Assembly: GCF_003790525.1 (NCBI RefSeq)
Contig: NZ_CP033635.1
Direction: 5' to 3' (one strand)
Source: Escherichia coli
Lineage (GTDB): Bacteria > Pseudomonadota > Gammaproteobacteria > Enterobacterales > Enterobacteriaceae
Length of the DNA stretch: 64,000 nucleotides
A program made the translations under genes and the position numbers. The notes under the pieces are model-generated. The model was given only the letters and a program-made list of their open reading frames with translations, searched no databases and was not told the origin of the DNA. Of this stretch, positions 33,004 to 45,285 are shown piece by piece (within the stretch, counting starts at the first letter, position 1; the number at the start of each line of letters is the position of its first letter).

Positions 33004-33567
33004 TTATTCTTCCGCCAAACGGTCTCTGACTACCATAAGCGCAAATCCCAGCAGATTTTTCCCCTTCCAGTGAGATGGCACACCGGCATGGGGATGATCT
33101 TTTGCAAGGCCAATCCCCCAGATTTTATCCACCGGGCTGGCTTCAACCAGAATGCGAGGCTGCGTATTCAGCAGGAATGTTTTTAATGCCGAATGTTGGC
33201 TAAATTTATGGTAGTTCCCTTCGCAGACCAGATCAAAGCAGCAAGCTTGCCAGCATTGCTCGTCAAAGTTTGTCACCTGTCGCCCCAGCTTTTTGGCTTC
33301 TGCCGGGGTCGCCGCCGCCAGAATTCTGGCAAGTGTTTTACTGTCATTAAACAGCCGCGCTTTTCCCGCCATCATCCAGTGTTCTGCGGTGGCATAGGTT
33401 ATACCATCATAGGTAAAAGGCGAACCCTGCCACCACTGGCTAAAGCAAGAGGCGGTAATTTCGTGATTCGCGGCAGGTTGATGGCCCCAGAACCACAGGT
33501 ATTTCACCTTTTTCCCGGCATCGAGAGCGGAAATAAGGGCGGGGAGAGAGTAGTATCCTTGCTGCAT
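33004..33567 (-). CDS. NADAR/YbiA-like (DUF1768) protein
   Basis: 187 aa with YbiA-like segments (AEHWMMAGKARLF; DKIWGIG...GKNLLGFALMVVRDRL); own RBS after rpoD terminator. Confidence 0.55.
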   Translation of the reverse strand: MQQGYYSLPALISALDAGKKVKYLWFWGHQPAANHEITASCFSQWWQGSPFTYDGITYATAEHWMMAGKARLFNDSKTLARILAAATPAEAKKLGRQVTNFDEQCWQACCFDLVCEGNYHKFSQHSALKTFLLNTQPRILVEASPVDKIWGIGLAKDHPHAGVPSHWKGKNLLGFALMVVRDRLAEE

Positions 33568-33579
33568 TGCCAGATTTCC

Positions 33580-33608
33580 TTAAAAAAAAGCCCTCACGAT
33601 GGAGGGCT
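33580..33608 (-). terminator. rho-independent terminator downstream of rpoD
   Basis: Minus strand GCCCTCcatcgtgaGGGC followed by TTTTTTTT. Confidence 0.6.
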
Positions 33609-33625
33609 TATGCACATCTTTACAA

Positions 33626-35467
33626 TTAATCGTCCAGGAAGCTACGCAGCACTTCAGAACGGCTCGGGTGACGCAGTTTGCGCAGCGCCTTCGCTTCGAT
33701 CTGACGGATACGTTCGCGGGTAACGTCGAACTGTTTACCCACTTCTTCCAGCGTGTGGTCGGTGTTCATATCGATACCGAAACGCATACGCAGAACTTTC
33801 GCTTCACGCGCGGTCAGGCCAGCCAGCACGTCGTGCGTTGCCGCACGCAGGCTTTCGGTGGTCGCAGAATCCAGCGGCAGCTCGAGGGTGGTATCCTCGA
33901 TGAAATCCCCCAGATGCGAATCTTCATCATCACCGATCGGCGTTTCCATGGAGATTGGCTCTTTGGCGATCTTCAGCACTTTGCGGATCTTGTCTTCCGG
34001 CATCAGCATACGTTCAGCCAGTTCTTCCGGCGTCGGTTCACGGCCCATCTCTTGCAGCATCTGGCGAGAAATACGGTTGAGTTTGTTGATAGTCTCAATC
34101 ATATGCACCGGAATACGGATGGTGCGCGCCTGATCCGCGATAGAACGGGTGATCGCCTGACGGATCCACCAGGTTGCGTAGGTGGAGAACTTGTAACCAC
34201 GGCGGTATTCGAATTTATCAACCGCTTTCATCAGGCCGATGTTACCTTCCTGAATCAGGTCAAGGAACTGCAAGCCACGGTTGGTGTATTTCTTGGCGAT
34301 AGAAATAACCAGACGTAAGTTCGCTTCAACCATCTCTTTCTTCGCACGGCGGGCTTTTGCTTCACCGATGGACATACGACGGTTGATATCTTTAACCTGC
34401 TCGATGGTCAGGCCGGTTTCTTCTTCAATCTGCTGCAGTTTCTGCAGGGCGCGATGCACTTCTTCAGAGACATCGTGCAGTTTTTCCGACCACGGCTTGT
34501 TCATCGCAATTGCCGCGTTGAACCAGGTATCGCTGGTTTCGTTGCCGGTAAACAGGGTAATGAAGTTTTTCTTCGGCATTTTGCACTGCTCAACGCAGAG
34601 CTTCATGATCAGACGTTCTTGCGTACGAACGCGGTCCATCATGACGCGCATGCTGTTGACCAGGTAGTCAAACTGCTTCGGCACCAGGCGGAACTGTTTA
34701 AATACTTCAGACAGTTTCAGGATCTCTTCCTGAGCAGCAGCGTGACTGCGACCTTTCGCTTTGATGGTGTCACGCGTTACAACGTACTGAGCGCGCAGTT
34801 CCGCAAATTTTTCGCGAGCCAGTTCCGGGTCGATGCTGTTGTCATCATCGGCGCTGTCGTCATCGCCATCTTCTTCGTCTTCATCTTCGTCATCGTCCAG
34901 ATCTTCCTGGGAAAGCTCAGAACCGACGTGAGTGGCGGTAGGTGCCAGATCTTCTTCTGCGTTCGGGTCAACAAAGCCGGTGATCAGATCGGACAGACGC
35001 GCTTCTTCTGCTTCAACACGATCGTACTGTTCCAGCAGATAGGTGATCGCTTCCGGATATTCAGCAACGGAGCATTGAACCTGGTTGATCCCGTCTTCAA
35101 TACGCTTAGCGATGTCAATTTCGCCTTCGCGGGTCAACAGTTCAACGGTGCCCATTTCACGCATGTACATGCGTACCGGGTCAGTCGTGCGCCCGATTTC
35201 AGATTCCACGCTGGAAAGCACCTGCGCGGCGGCTTCGGCAGCATCTTCGTCCGCGGTGTTTTCAGCCAGCATCAGATCATCGGCATCCGGTGCTTCTTCC
35301 ATCACCTGAATGCCCATGTCGTTGATCATTTGGATGATGTCTTCGATCTGATCTGAATCGACGATATCTTCCGGCAGATGGTCATTGACCTCGGCATAGG
35401 TCAGATAGCCTTGCTCCTTACCACGGGTGACAAGAAGTTTCAGCTGTGACTGCGGGTTTTGCTCCAT
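33626..35467 (-). CDS. rpoD: RNA polymerase sigma-70 factor
   Basis: 613 aa [55 protein letters not shown]... Confidence 0.95.
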   Translation of the reverse strand: MEQNPQSQLKLLVTRGKEQGYLTYAEVNDHLPEDIVDSDQIEDIIQMINDMGIQVMEEAPDADDLMLAENTADEDAAEAAAQVLSSVESEIGRTTDPVRMYMREMGTVELLTREGEIDIAKRIEDGINQVQCSVAEYPEAITYLLEQYDRVEAEEARLSDLITGFVDPNAEEDLAPTATHVGSELSQEDLDDDEDEDEEDGDDDSADDDNSIDPELAREKFAELRAQYVVTRDTIKAKGRSHAAAQEEILKLSEVFKQFRLVPKQFDYLVNSMRVMMDRVRTQERLIMKLCVEQCKMPKKNFITLFTGNETSDTWFNAAIAMNKPWSEKLHDVSEEVHRALQKLQQIEEETGLTIEQVKDINRRMSIGEAKARRAKKEMVEANLRLVISIAKKYTNRGLQFLDLIQEGNIGLMKAVDKFEYRRGYKFSTYATWWIRQAITRSIADQARTIRIPVHMIETINKLNRISRQMLQEMGREPTPEELAERMLMPEDKIRKVLKIAKEPISMETPIGDDEDSHLGDFIEDTTLELPLDSATTESLRAATHDVLAGLTAREAKVLRMRFGIDMNTDHTLEEVGKQFDVTRERIRQIEAKALRKLRHPSRSEVLRSFLDD

Positions 35468-35661
35468 AAGACGGTATCCACACTTATTTCATGAGGTTGG
35501 TGTTGGGCGATTGACCCGATGTCCTTCAGCTGTTAACGCTGAAATCCAACGGTTGTTTACCGCCAACGATAATTACGAGGGCGTACTTATATATTTGCCG
35601 CTGCCTCTCAGTGCGGCTGTCGGGGGCTTCCCGATCGCTCTTCGGCACTTAAGCCGTTAAA

Positions 35662-37407
35662 TCACTTTTTCGCCAGCTCCTGGTTTAATGTCCAGAGCTC
35701 CAGGCGTTCTTCGTTGCTTAAACCATGCGTGCGCTCACGAGCGATTAACTCTTCCTGGCGCAGTTCAAGCAGCGAATCAAACATATGGTTGAGTGAGTCG
35801 GTGAAGGTTTGCTCAGCAATATTCTTATCTGCTATATCGTCCCACATCGACAGTTTTTCAAGGGTGGCAGCATTATTTGTACCACGATAGTGCTCTAAAA
35901 GTTGCCCGGTGGTCAGACCTGGCTGGGAGAGACAAGTGTTGACCAGTTCTCTGAATAAGCCAAGTCCAGGGAGCTTATTTTCATCCAGATTCTCAAGCGG
36001 CGGGACCAACGTCGCTAATTCTGGATTTTGCACCAGCAACCCTATAAGTATACGCATGGTCGTGCGTTTTAGCTGCGGAACAGGGCGAGAAACGCCGCTC
36101 TCTGCCGCTTTTGGCATTAATCGTTCAAGCTGGCTGTCATCAAGTATGCCTAATTTGTTGCCTAATTCCTGACGAAGATATATTCGCAGCGTTTCGCCCG
36201 GCACTTGCGATATCAATGGCAGTGCCAGCGTACTCAAACGTGCGCGCCCGTCAGGGGTACTCAGATCAACTTGCGGCATCAGACTGTTAAACAGAAATGC
36301 GGAGAGTGGCATCGCCTGCTCCATCCGCGCTTCAAACGCTTCTTTACCTTCTTTTCGTACCAGCGTGTCAGGGTCTTCGCCATCAGGCAAAAACATAAAG
36401 CGTAGCTGACGACCGTCTGTCATGTAAGGCAGCGCCGTTTCCAGCGCTCGCCAGGCGGCATCGCGGCCTGCACGGTCGCCGTCATAACAGCAAATGACAT
36501 TGTTGGTCGCGCGGAACAACAGTTGTATGTGATCGGCAGTGGTTGACGTACCTAACGACGCAACGGCGTAATTAATGCCGTATTGCGCCAGCGCCACCAC
36601 GTCCATATAGCCTTCGACCACAAGCAGACGATTGGGTTCAGCGTTATCCTGCTGCGCTTCATAAAGACCGTAAAGCTGGCGGCCTTTATGGAAAATGTCC
36701 GTTTCCGGCGAGTTCAGGTATTTGGGGGTATCGTTGCCCAGCACGCGTCCGCCAAAACCAATCACCCGACCGCGTTTATCACGAATGGGGAACATCACCC
36801 GCTCGCGGAAACGGTCGTAACTGCGCCCCTGATCGTTAGTGACCAACATGCCCGCATCAATCAATGACTGGCGATTTTCTGGATTGCCGCCAAACCGCTT
36901 CAGGACGTTGTCCCAGCCAGGGGGGGCAAAACCAATCGCAAAGCGGGCGATAACCTCGTGGCTTAATCCGCGTTTTTCCAGATACTGGCGCGCAGACGTG
37001 GCAACAGGTTGCTGTAAAGATTGTTGGTAAAACGTATTCAGACCGTCCATCAACTGATAAAGCGTTTGTCGTTGATGGCGCTCGATCTGGCTGGGGCCGC
37101 TACCTGCTTCAAATGGCACTTCAAGATTGTGCATTGCTGCCAGCTCTTCGACCGTTTCGACGAACTCAAGCTTGTCGTAGTTCATCAGGAAGTCGATCGC
37201 GTTGCCGTGCGCGCCACATCCAAAGCAGTGGTAAAACTGTTTCTCACCGTTAACGGTGAATGATGGGGTTTTCTCGTTGTGGAATGGACAACACGCGTGG
37301 AAATTCTTGCCCTGCTTTTTCAGCTTCACACGGGCATCGATCAGATCGACGATGTCAGTGCGTGCCAGCAGATCATTAATGAATACGCGTGGGATTCGTC
37401 CAGCCAT
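35662..37407 (-). CDS. dnaG: DNA primase
   Basis: 581 aa, zinc-finger CPFHNEKTPSF, TOPRIM domain. Confidence 0.95.
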   Translation of the reverse strand: MAGRIPRVFINDLLARTDIVDLIDARVKLKKQGKNFHACCPFHNEKTPSFTVNGEKQFYHCFGCGAHGNAIDFLMNYDKLEFVETVEELAAMHNLEVPFEAGSGPSQIERHQRQTLYQLMDGLNTFYQQSLQQPVATSARQYLEKRGLSHEVIARFAIGFAPPGWDNVLKRFGGNPENRQSLIDAGMLVTNDQGRSYDRFRERVMFPIRDKRGRVIGFGGRVLGNDTPKYLNSPETDIFHKGRQLYGLYEAQQDNAEPNRLLVVEGYMDVVALAQYGINYAVASLGTSTTADHIQLLFRATNNVICCYDGDRAGRDAAWRALETALPYMTDGRQLRFMFLPDGEDPDTLVRKEGKEAFEARMEQAMPLSAFLFNSLMPQVDLSTPDGRARLSTLALPLISQVPGETLRIYLRQELGNKLGILDDSQLERLMPKAAESGVSRPVPQLKRTTMRILIGLLVQNPELATLVPPLENLDENKLPGLGLFRELVNTCLSQPGLTTGQLLEHYRGTNNAATLEKLSMWDDIADKNIAEQTFTDSLNHMFDSLLELRQEELIARERTHGLSNEERLELWTLNQELAKK

Positions 37408-37517
37408 AGGCCCCGATTTTTAGCAATTCATAAACGAAAATAAGCCGCGCATTCCTTTCGGAAGCACGGCCTTACAACTACAACTCGGTCTGATCGGAGA
37501 GCAACGCTCTCGGGGAA

Positions 37518-37772
<255 letters not shown>

Positions 37773-37970
37773 TCAACGCCAGCTTATTTCAAAATGGTGC
37801 GGAATTTTACTGCAATTGCTGCTGCTTTGTAAAGCACCGCGGCCTTTTTTGAAAGGGACTTTTATAAGGGTGAGGAGTATACACGAGGCTTTCTCCAGGG
37901 GCGAACAAAGTTTTACATCAACCCGCATTGGTCCTACACTGCGCGGTAATAAAGCGAGGTAAAACAAGTC

Positions 37971-38984
37971 ATGCGTGTACTGGGTATTGAAACTTCCTGC
38001 GATGAAACCGGCATCGCCATTTACGACGATGAAAAAGGTTTGTTAGCCAACCAATTGTATAGTCAGGTGAAATTGCACGCTGACTACGGCGGCGTCGTGC
38101 CTGAACTGGCCTCCCGCGATCACGTGCGTAAAACCGTACCGTTGATCCAGGAGGCGCTGAAAGAGTCTGGTTTAACGGCAAAAGACATTGATGCTGTGGC
38201 CTATACCGCAGGCCCAGGATTAGTCGGCGCACTGCTGGTTGGCGCGACCGTGGGGCGTTCTCTGGCGTTTGCCTGGGACGTTCCGGCAATCCCGGTACAC
38301 CATATGGAAGGGCATCTGTTAGCGCCGATGCTGGAAGATAACCCACCGGCATTTCCGTTTGTGGCGCTGCTGGTTTCCGGCGGTCATACGCAGTTAATCA
38401 GCGTGACTGGCATTGGTCAGTACGAGCTGCTTGGCGAGTCTATCGATGATGCTGCTGGTGAAGCGTTTGATAAAACCGCGAAGCTGCTGGGGCTGGATTA
38501 TCCTGGCGGGCCATTACTGTCGAAAATGGCGGCTCAGGGTACTGCCGGGCGCTTTGTCTTCCCGCGCCCGATGACCGACCGTCCGGGGCTGGATTTCAGC
38601 TTTTCTGGTCTGAAAACCTTCGCGGCGAACACGATTCGTGACAACGGCACCGACGACCAGACGCGTGCTGATATCGCCCGCGCCTTTGAAGATGCGGTGG
38701 TCGATACGTTGATGATTAAGTGTAAGCGAGCACTGGATCAGACGGGCTTTAAGCGACTGGTAATGGCAGGCGGCGTGAGTGCTAACCGCACGTTACGGGC
38801 GAAGCTGGCTGAAATGATGAAAAAACGCCGTGGCGAAGTGTTCTACGCGCGTCCGGAATTTTGTACTGATAACGGCGCGATGATCGCCTATGCCGGAATG
38901 GTGCGGTTTAAAGCAGGCGCGACGGCGGATCTCGGCGTTAGCGTGCGTCCGCGCTGGCCGCTGGCAGAGTTACCGGCCGCGTAA
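37971..38984 (+). CDS. tsaD: tRNA N6-adenosine threonylcarbamoyltransferase (TsaD/Gcp/YgjD)
   Basis: 337 aa [33 protein letters not shown]... Confidence 0.9.
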   Translation: MRVLGIETSCDETGIAIYDDEKGLLANQLYSQVKLHADYGGVVPELASRDHVRKTVPLIQEALKESGLTAKDIDAVAYTAGPGLVGALLVGATVGRSLAFAWDVPAIPVHHMEGHLLAPMLEDNPPAFPFVALLVSGGHTQLISVTGIGQYELLGESIDDAAGEAFDKTAKLLGLDYPGGPLLSKMAAQGTAGRFVFPRPMTDRPGLDFSFSGLKTFAANTIRDNGTDDQTRADIARAFEDAVVDTLMIKCKRALDQTGFKRLVMAGGVSANRTLRAKLAEMMKKRRGEVFYARPEFCTDNGAMIAYAGMVRFKAGATADLGVSVRPRWPLAELPAA

Positions 38985-39026
38985 AACTATTAGGTGCCGG
39001 AGAGTCACTTCCGGCACCGTCCTCAC

Positions 39027-40490
39027 TTAAAGCAACACCACGGGCATCCACAGTAAGCCGGTAATCACCAGCAATACGAGGAATATCAGCCCAAAAATTG
39101 CCCCCAGTCGCCAGTAATCCACCGTTGGCAGATAACCACTACCGTAGTAAATCGGGCTGGGTCCGGTGGCGTATGGCGTAAGAATGCTCCCCAGACCAAT
39201 TGCCGCGCCAACCATCAGGCAGAATACCGGCAGCGGGATTTCCGGCATCGCCAGCGCGGCGGCAATCATCATCGGCGCGAGAGCGGAGGTATACGCCGTG
39301 GCGCTGGCGAAAAAGTAGCGCAGTAGATAAAACACCACAATCAACGCCACCATCACTATCGTTGGCGAATAACCGCTTAAGCTGCCTGCTAACAGTTTGC
39401 CAAACCAGCTAATAAAACCGGTGTTGTTGAGTCCGGTAGCGAGGGTGATAAGCGAGGCCAGCCAGAAGAAAACGTTCCACGCGGCTTTATTACTGACAAT
39501 GTCGTCCCAACTGATAATGCGCAGAAGCAGCATCAGCGCCACCACGCTGTAACCGACCATCGCGGCATCGATATAATCACCGCCGAAAATCCACAGCACC
39601 AGCGCGCCTACCATCAGCCCCAGCATCCGTTTTTCACGCGAACAGAGCGGGCCCATTGCCTGCAGTTCCGTCTCTGCCCAGCGCGGCACCTGATCACCAG
39701 ACTTCAGTACCGGCGGGTACAGCACGTAAGCCAGCCAGGGAACCAGCAGAACCAGTAAAATACTGAGCGGCAACATCCCGAGGAACCAGTCGCCCCAACT
39801 CAGTGTGGCGTGAGATGCGCTTTTCATCAGGCCAATTAACAGCAAGTTAGGTGCCATCGCCGTCAGGAAAATGGCGCTGGTCACGCAGTCGGCAACAATC
39901 CCCATCCACATGATGTACGAGCCAATGCTGCGCGAACTGCTGTCGTTTGGTTGTGATTGATAGAGCGGTGGCAGGTTACGGATGATGGGATAGATAATCC
40001 CCGCACCACGCGCCGAGTTGGACGGTGTTACAGGTGCCAGGATAAGCTCGGAGAACATCACCGCATAGCCGAGAAACAGCGTGCGATGCCCCATCTTTTT
40101 CACCAGAATCAGCGCGATACGTCGCCCCAGCCCGGTTTTTTCATAGCCTGTGCCAAACATAAAGGCGGCGAAAATCAGCCAGATAACCGAATTAGAAAAA
40201 CCAGAAACCGCCCAGGAGAGGGATTTGGCGGTGAACTTAAAACCTGGCTGGGCGAGCTGCTCCGGGCTGAACAGCAGCCAGGGAGAGAGAATGGCGATAA
40301 TGGAGATACCCACCATCGCCACCACGGCACCCGGCACGGGTTCGAGGATCAGTCCAACGATCACGCCAGTAAAAACAGCAAAGTAGAGCCAGGTATGACT
40401 CTCCAGCCCTGCGGGAACCGGAATTAGAGCAATAATGGCGATGACCGCCAGCGGCGCAAGGTATCGCCACCATTCAGTGGAAGGTTTCAT
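39027..40490 (-). CDS. ttdT: L-tartrate/succinate antiporter (DASS family)
   Basis: 487-aa polytopic membrane protein adjacent to ttdAB. Confidence 0.85.
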   Translation of the reverse strand: MKPSTEWWRYLAPLAVIAIIALIPVPAGLESHTWLYFAVFTGVIVGLILEPVPGAVVAMVGISIIAILSPWLLFSPEQLAQPGFKFTAKSLSWAVSGFSNSVIWLIFAAFMFGTGYEKTGLGRRIALILVKKMGHRTLFLGYAVMFSELILAPVTPSNSARGAGIIYPIIRNLPPLYQSQPNDSSSRSIGSYIMWMGIVADCVTSAIFLTAMAPNLLLIGLMKSASHATLSWGDWFLGMLPLSILLVLLVPWLAYVLYPPVLKSGDQVPRWAETELQAMGPLCSREKRMLGLMVGALVLWIFGGDYIDAAMVGYSVVALMLLLRIISWDDIVSNKAAWNVFFWLASLITLATGLNNTGFISWFGKLLAGSLSGYSPTIVMVALIVVFYLLRYFFASATAYTSALAPMMIAAALAMPEIPLPVFCLMVGAAIGLGSILTPYATGPSPIYYGSGYLPTVDYWRLGAIFGLIFLVLLVITGLLWMPVVLL

Positions 40491-40537
40491 CGTGTTATGC
40501 CTGCGAAAAAGGAGAGGGGCGAGCCTCTCCGGGAGGG

Positions 40538-41143
40538 TTATTTGATGTAATGGACGTGCTCGCAGATCTCTTCCACGATGGGATCGCGGCGTTCGGCGAA
40601 CAGCTTTTTGTTTTCGGCTATCAGGTTGTTGCCGTGGGTATCAATAGAGACAATCAGCGGGCCGAACTCTTTGACCCGGCAGACCCACAGTGACTCCGGC
40701 ATCCCGAGTTCTGTCCAGTGCACTTCTTCAATCTCTTCCACCTGGGTTGCCGCCAGTACTGCGCAGCCTGCCGGGAAAATCACATGTAGCGCCTTGAATT
40801 TCTGGCAGCCTTCTTCGGTCAGCGGCCCCATTCCGCCTTTGCCGACCACCAGTTTCACGCCGGTCTGTTCGATAAATTCACGTTCAAAACTTTCCATACG
40901 CATACTGGTTGTCGGGCCGACGGATACCATCTCCCATTTGTCGCCGTTTTTGCGCACGATGGGGCCAGCGTGGAAAATCGCTTTGCCGTTGAGATCGTAA
41001 GGGATCGGACGTTTGAGTTCGATCAAGCGACGGTGACAAACGTCACGGCAGGTCACCAGCGTACCGGTCAGGTAGATCACATCGCCGACGCGAATATCTT
41101 GCAGATCTTCAGCTTTGATCGGGGTTGTCAGGATCTTTTTCAT
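40538..41143 (-). CDS. ttdB: L(+)-tartrate dehydratase beta subunit
   Basis: 201 aa fumarase-C-terminal-like; 4-bp overlap with ttdA. Confidence 0.85.
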
Positions 41144-42051
41144 AACGCGCTCCGGGTGTGAGACAGATTTTCAAAGGTGAGATCGGCATGAACCAGCAGT
41201 GTGCCGCGACGATGCGCCCAGCAGCCTGTAGAAACAGCAACGCCGATGGTTGACGGATGGCGGGCGGCAGATTCGATATGTACGCCCATCACTGAACTGT
41301 TGCCAGTCAGCCCTTGTGGACCAATCCCCAGACGGTTGAGTCCTTCTTCCAGGCGTAGCTCCAGCTCTGCCGCTTTCGGATTGGGGTGGCGGCTGCCAAT
41401 CGGGCGCAAAATGGCTTTACGCGAGAGCACGGCGGCGGTTTCCACCGAGGTAGCGATGCCAACGCCCACAAGTACCGGCGGACAGGCGTTTACGGCGAGG
41501 GTGGAGATATTTTCGAAGACGAATTTCACTACGCCTTCGTAGCCTTCTGACGGCATTAACACTTTCGAGCGGCCTGGTAGCGTGCAGCCGCCGCCTGCCA
41601 TGTAAACTTCGATTTCCGCATCGTCATTGTCGGGGATGATGTCCCAGGTGACCCACGGTACACCGCTGCCGGTATTTTTGCCGGTGTTTACTTCGTCAAA
41701 AATTTCTACCGCATTGTGACGCAGTGGCGCTTTGACGGTTGCCTCTTCCACGGCTTGTTTGAGTATGCTTTGCAGCTCGCCAAGCAGTGGGAAACGGGAA
41801 CCGACCTTAACAAAAAACATGATTTCGCCGGTGTCCTGACAGGCAGGACGATTCAGGTCGATCGCTTTTTGCATGTTATCGAACATCGTGTGGTAGATGA
41901 TTTTCCCCATCGACGATGTTTCGGCATCCTTTAGCTGTTTTAGTTTGTCCACCACGTCATCGGGCATTCGGGTAGAAATCATGGCGGTAAAGTTAGCGAC
42001 AATCTCCGTCAACTTATTCACTGCCTGTTGCTTATTACTTTCGCTCATCAT
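41140..42051 (-). CDS. ttdA: L(+)-tartrate dehydratase alpha subunit
   Basis: 303 aa Fe-S hydrolyase family. Confidence 0.85.
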
Positions 42052-42257
42052 GGCAACTCCAGTTTATGTATTTGTCTGGAAAAATTCACCGCCACAAACT
42101 ACCACTAAAAATGTGGTTTTATATTTTTTGCTGCCGTGAATATGTAATTCACAGTTCGTGAATCAACGCGAAAATAAGAATGAATATTGCGCCAGAGCAG
42201 GGAATGGCAATGTTTTACGAAATACACTGCGCTTATCACAACTGCGGATAATTAACG

Positions 42258-43190
42258 ATGCTGAATAGCTGGCCTTTAGCCAAAGATTTGCAGGTACTGG
42301 TAGAAATCGTCCACAGCGGGAGTTTTAGCGCCGCAGCGGCGACGCTTGGGCAGACGCCTGCATTTGTCACCAAGCGGATCCAAATCCTTGAAAATACGCT
42401 GGCAACAACGCTGCTGAACCGCTCCGCTCGCGGCGTGGCGCTGACTGAAAGTGGCCAACGTTGTTACGAGCATGCGCTGGAAATCCTCACCCAATATCAG
42501 CGACTGGTCGATGACGTCACGCAAATCAAAACGCGCCCGGAGGGGATGATTCGTATTGGTTGCAGTTTTGGTTTTGGGCGCAGCCATATTGCGCCAGCCA
42601 TTACCGAACTGATGCGCAATTATCCTGAGTTACAGGTGCATTTTGAATTGTTCGATCGGCAAATTGATTTAGTGCAGGATAATATTGATCTGGATATTCG
42701 TATTAATGACGAAATTCCTGATTATTATATTGCGCATCTGTTAACGAAAAATAAAAGAATATTATGCGCAGCACCTGAGTATCTGCAAAAATATCCGCAG
42801 CCACAATCCTTACAGGAATTAAGTCGTCATGATTGTCTGGTGACCAAAGAGCGCGATATGACCCACGGAATATGGGAGTTGGGGAACGGTCAGGAGAAAA
42901 AATCGGTGAAGGTAAGCGGGCATCTTTCCTCCAATAGCGGCGAGATAGTGTTGCAATGGGCGCTGGAGGGCAAAGGGATTATGTTGCGTTCCGAGTGGGA
43001 TGTGTTGCCGTTTCTGGAGAGTGGCAAACTGGTGCGAGTATTGCCGGAGTATGCACAAAGCGCCAATATCTGGGCTGTTTACCGGGAGCCGCTCTATCGC
43101 AGCATGAAATTACGTGTCTGCGTGGAATTTCTGGCGGCATGGTGCCAGCAACGGCTGGGCAAGCCCGACGAAGGCTATCAGGTCATGTAA
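42258..43190 (+). CDS. ttdR: LysR-family transcriptional activator of ttd operon
   Basis: 310 aa with N-terminal LysR HTH; divergent from ttdA. Confidence 0.8.
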   Translation: MLNSWPLAKDLQVLVEIVHSGSFSAAAATLGQTPAFVTKRIQILENTLATTLLNRSARGVALTESGQRCYEHALEILTQYQRLVDDVTQIKTRPEGMIRIGCSFGFGRSHIAPAITELMRNYPELQVHFELFDRQIDLVQDNIDLDIRINDEIPDYYIAHLLTKNKRILCAAPEYLQKYPQPQSLQELSRHDCLVTKERDMTHGIWELGNGQEKKSVKVSGHLSSNSGEIVLQWALEGKGIMLRSEWDVLPFLESGKLVRVLPEYAQSANIWAVYREPLYRSMKLRVCVEFLAAWCQQRLGKPDEGYQVM

Positions 43191-43202
43191 ATCCACCAGA
43201 AA

Positions 43203-43820
43203 TCACTCGGGATCCTTTTCGCGCTTTCTTTTGAATTTCGTCCAGATTTTTGTCTCCTGACGACGCCACAGACGCTGGATGTTGTCATGATGACGCAGCA
43301 GGATCAGGCAAGAGAGCATCGAAACCGGGAAGGTGAATTGTGGCTTAAACCACCAGACATAAAACGGAGCAATCAGTGCACTGACAATCGCTCCCAGCGA
43401 CGAATATCCGCTCAATAGCACGGTCAGTAACCAGGTTCCCGCCATTACTCCGGTGAGATCCCAGCCAATTGGTGCGATGGCACCAAAAGCGGTAGCAACG
43501 CCTTTTCCTCCTTTAAAACCGAAGAAAACGGGCCAGATGTGTCCAAGACAGGCGGCGATGGCAATTAAGCCTAGCCAGAAGGGGCTGACACCTAATTCAT
43601 ACGCGCCCCAGACAGGCAACATTCCTTTCAGAACGTCGAAAATCAGTACTGCTACGGCTGCTCCCTTGCCACCGATACGTAACACATTGGTTGCGCCTGG
43701 ATTGCCGGAGCCGCTGGTTCGCGGATCGGGCAACCCACACAAGCGGCAAACCAGAATGGCACTGGAAATGGAGCCGCAGAGGTACGCGATGAGGATCATT
43801 CCAGGCGCGATTGCACTCAT
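43203..43820 (-). CDS. plsY: glycerol-3-phosphate acyltransferase PlsY
   Basis: 205 aa ...[12 protein letters not shown]... membrane protein. Confidence 0.9.
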
Positions 43821-43924
43821 AAGCTGTTCCGTTTTGAAAATTCGTGTTCAACGATGAATCTGTGGATAATACGCACATTTCGCCGGAAGTGGTATCCGGT
43901 TAGCCAAAAAGCAGGCAGGACGTG

Positions 43925-44293
43925 ATGGATATTGTATTTATAGAGCAACTTTCGGTAATCACCACTATTGGTGTTTACGACTGGGAACAGACCATCGAAC
44001 AGAAGTTAGTGTTCGATATCGAAATGGCGTGGGATAACCGTAAAGCGGCGAAAAGTGATGATGTGGCGGATTGCCTCAGTTACGCTGACATTGCAGAAAC
44101 GGTGGTCAGCCACGTCGAGGGGGCGCGTTTTGCGCTGGTGGAACGCGTGGCTGAAGAGGTGGCGGAGCTGCTGTTAGCACGCTTCAACTCGCCGTGGGTG
44201 CGCATCAAACTTAGCAAGCCAGGTGCGGTGGCGCGAGCGGCGAATGTCGGCGTCATCATTGAGCGTGGCAATAATCTGAAAGAAAATAATTAA
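43925..44293 (+). CDS. folB: dihydroneopterin aldolase
   Basis: 122 aa MDIVFIEQLSVITTIGVYDWEQTIEQKLVFDIEMAWD... Confidence 0.85.
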   Translation: MDIVFIEQLSVITTIGVYDWEQTIEQKLVFDIEMAWDNRKAAKSDDVADCLSYADIAETVVSHVEGARFALVERVAEEVAELLLARFNSPWVRIKLSKPGAVARAANVGVIIERGNNLKENN

Positions 44294-44383
44294 TTTTACA
44301 GCTGTTAAACCAAACGGTTATAACCTGGTCATACTGCAGTAGTTCGGACAAGCGGTACATTTTAATAATTTAGGGGTTTATTG

Positions 44384-45205
44384 ATGAGCGATATGCACTC
44401 GCTGCTGATAGCGGCAATATTGGGTGTGGTCGAAGGATTGACAGAATTTCTGCCGGTATCCAGCACGGGCCATATGATTATTGTCGGTCACTTGTTGGGG
44501 TTTGAGGGCGACACGGCGAAAACCTTTGAAGTCGTGATCCAGTTAGGATCAATTCTGGCAGTGGTTGTCATGTTCTGGCGACGTCTGTTTGGCCTTATTG
44601 GTATTCACTTTGGTCGCCCGTTGCAGCACGAAGGAGAAAGCAAAGGCCGTTTAACGCTGATCCACATTTTGCTGGGGATGATTCCGGCGGTGGTACTGGG
44701 GCTGTTGTTCCACGACACGATTAAATCATTGTTTAACCCGATAAATGTGATGTATGCACTGGTCGTTGGCGGTCTGTTGCTGATTGCCGCTGAATGCCTG
44801 AAGCCGAAAGAGCCGCGTGCGCCGGGTCTTGATGATATGACCTATCGTCAGGCGTTTATGATTGGCTGTTTCCAGTGTCTGGCGCTGTGGCCGGGTTTCT
44901 CTCGCTCCGGGGCGACCATTTCAGGTGGGATGCTGATGGGCGTGAGCCGTTACGCTGCTTCCGAGTTCTCGTTCCTGCTGGCGGTGCCGATGATGATGGG
45001 CGCAACGGCGCTCGATCTCTACAAAAGCTGGGGCTTCCTGACTACCGGCGATATCCCGATGTTTGCCGTTGGGTTTATCACCGCTTTTGTGGTGGCGCTG
45101 ATAGCGATTAAAACCTTCCTGCAATTGATTAAGCGCATTTCGTTTATCCCTTTCGCCATTTATCGCTTTATTGTGGCGGCTGCGGTGTATGTCGTGTTCT
45201 TTTGA
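44384..45205 (+). CDS. uppP: undecaprenyl-diphosphatase (BacA/UppP)
   Basis: 273 aa [33 protein letters not shown]... Confidence 0.9.
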
Positions 45206-45285
45206 TTGAGGAATAGTGTCGGATATGACGCTTGTGCGTCTTATCCGACCTGGCCGGTGTTTGCAATAAATTGAAATTCAAGTGC

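Noticed and set aside
33599-35356. Several plus-strand ORFs (239, 126, 128, 300 aa) overlapping rpoD
   Set aside because: Antisense artefacts within a highly conserved essential gene
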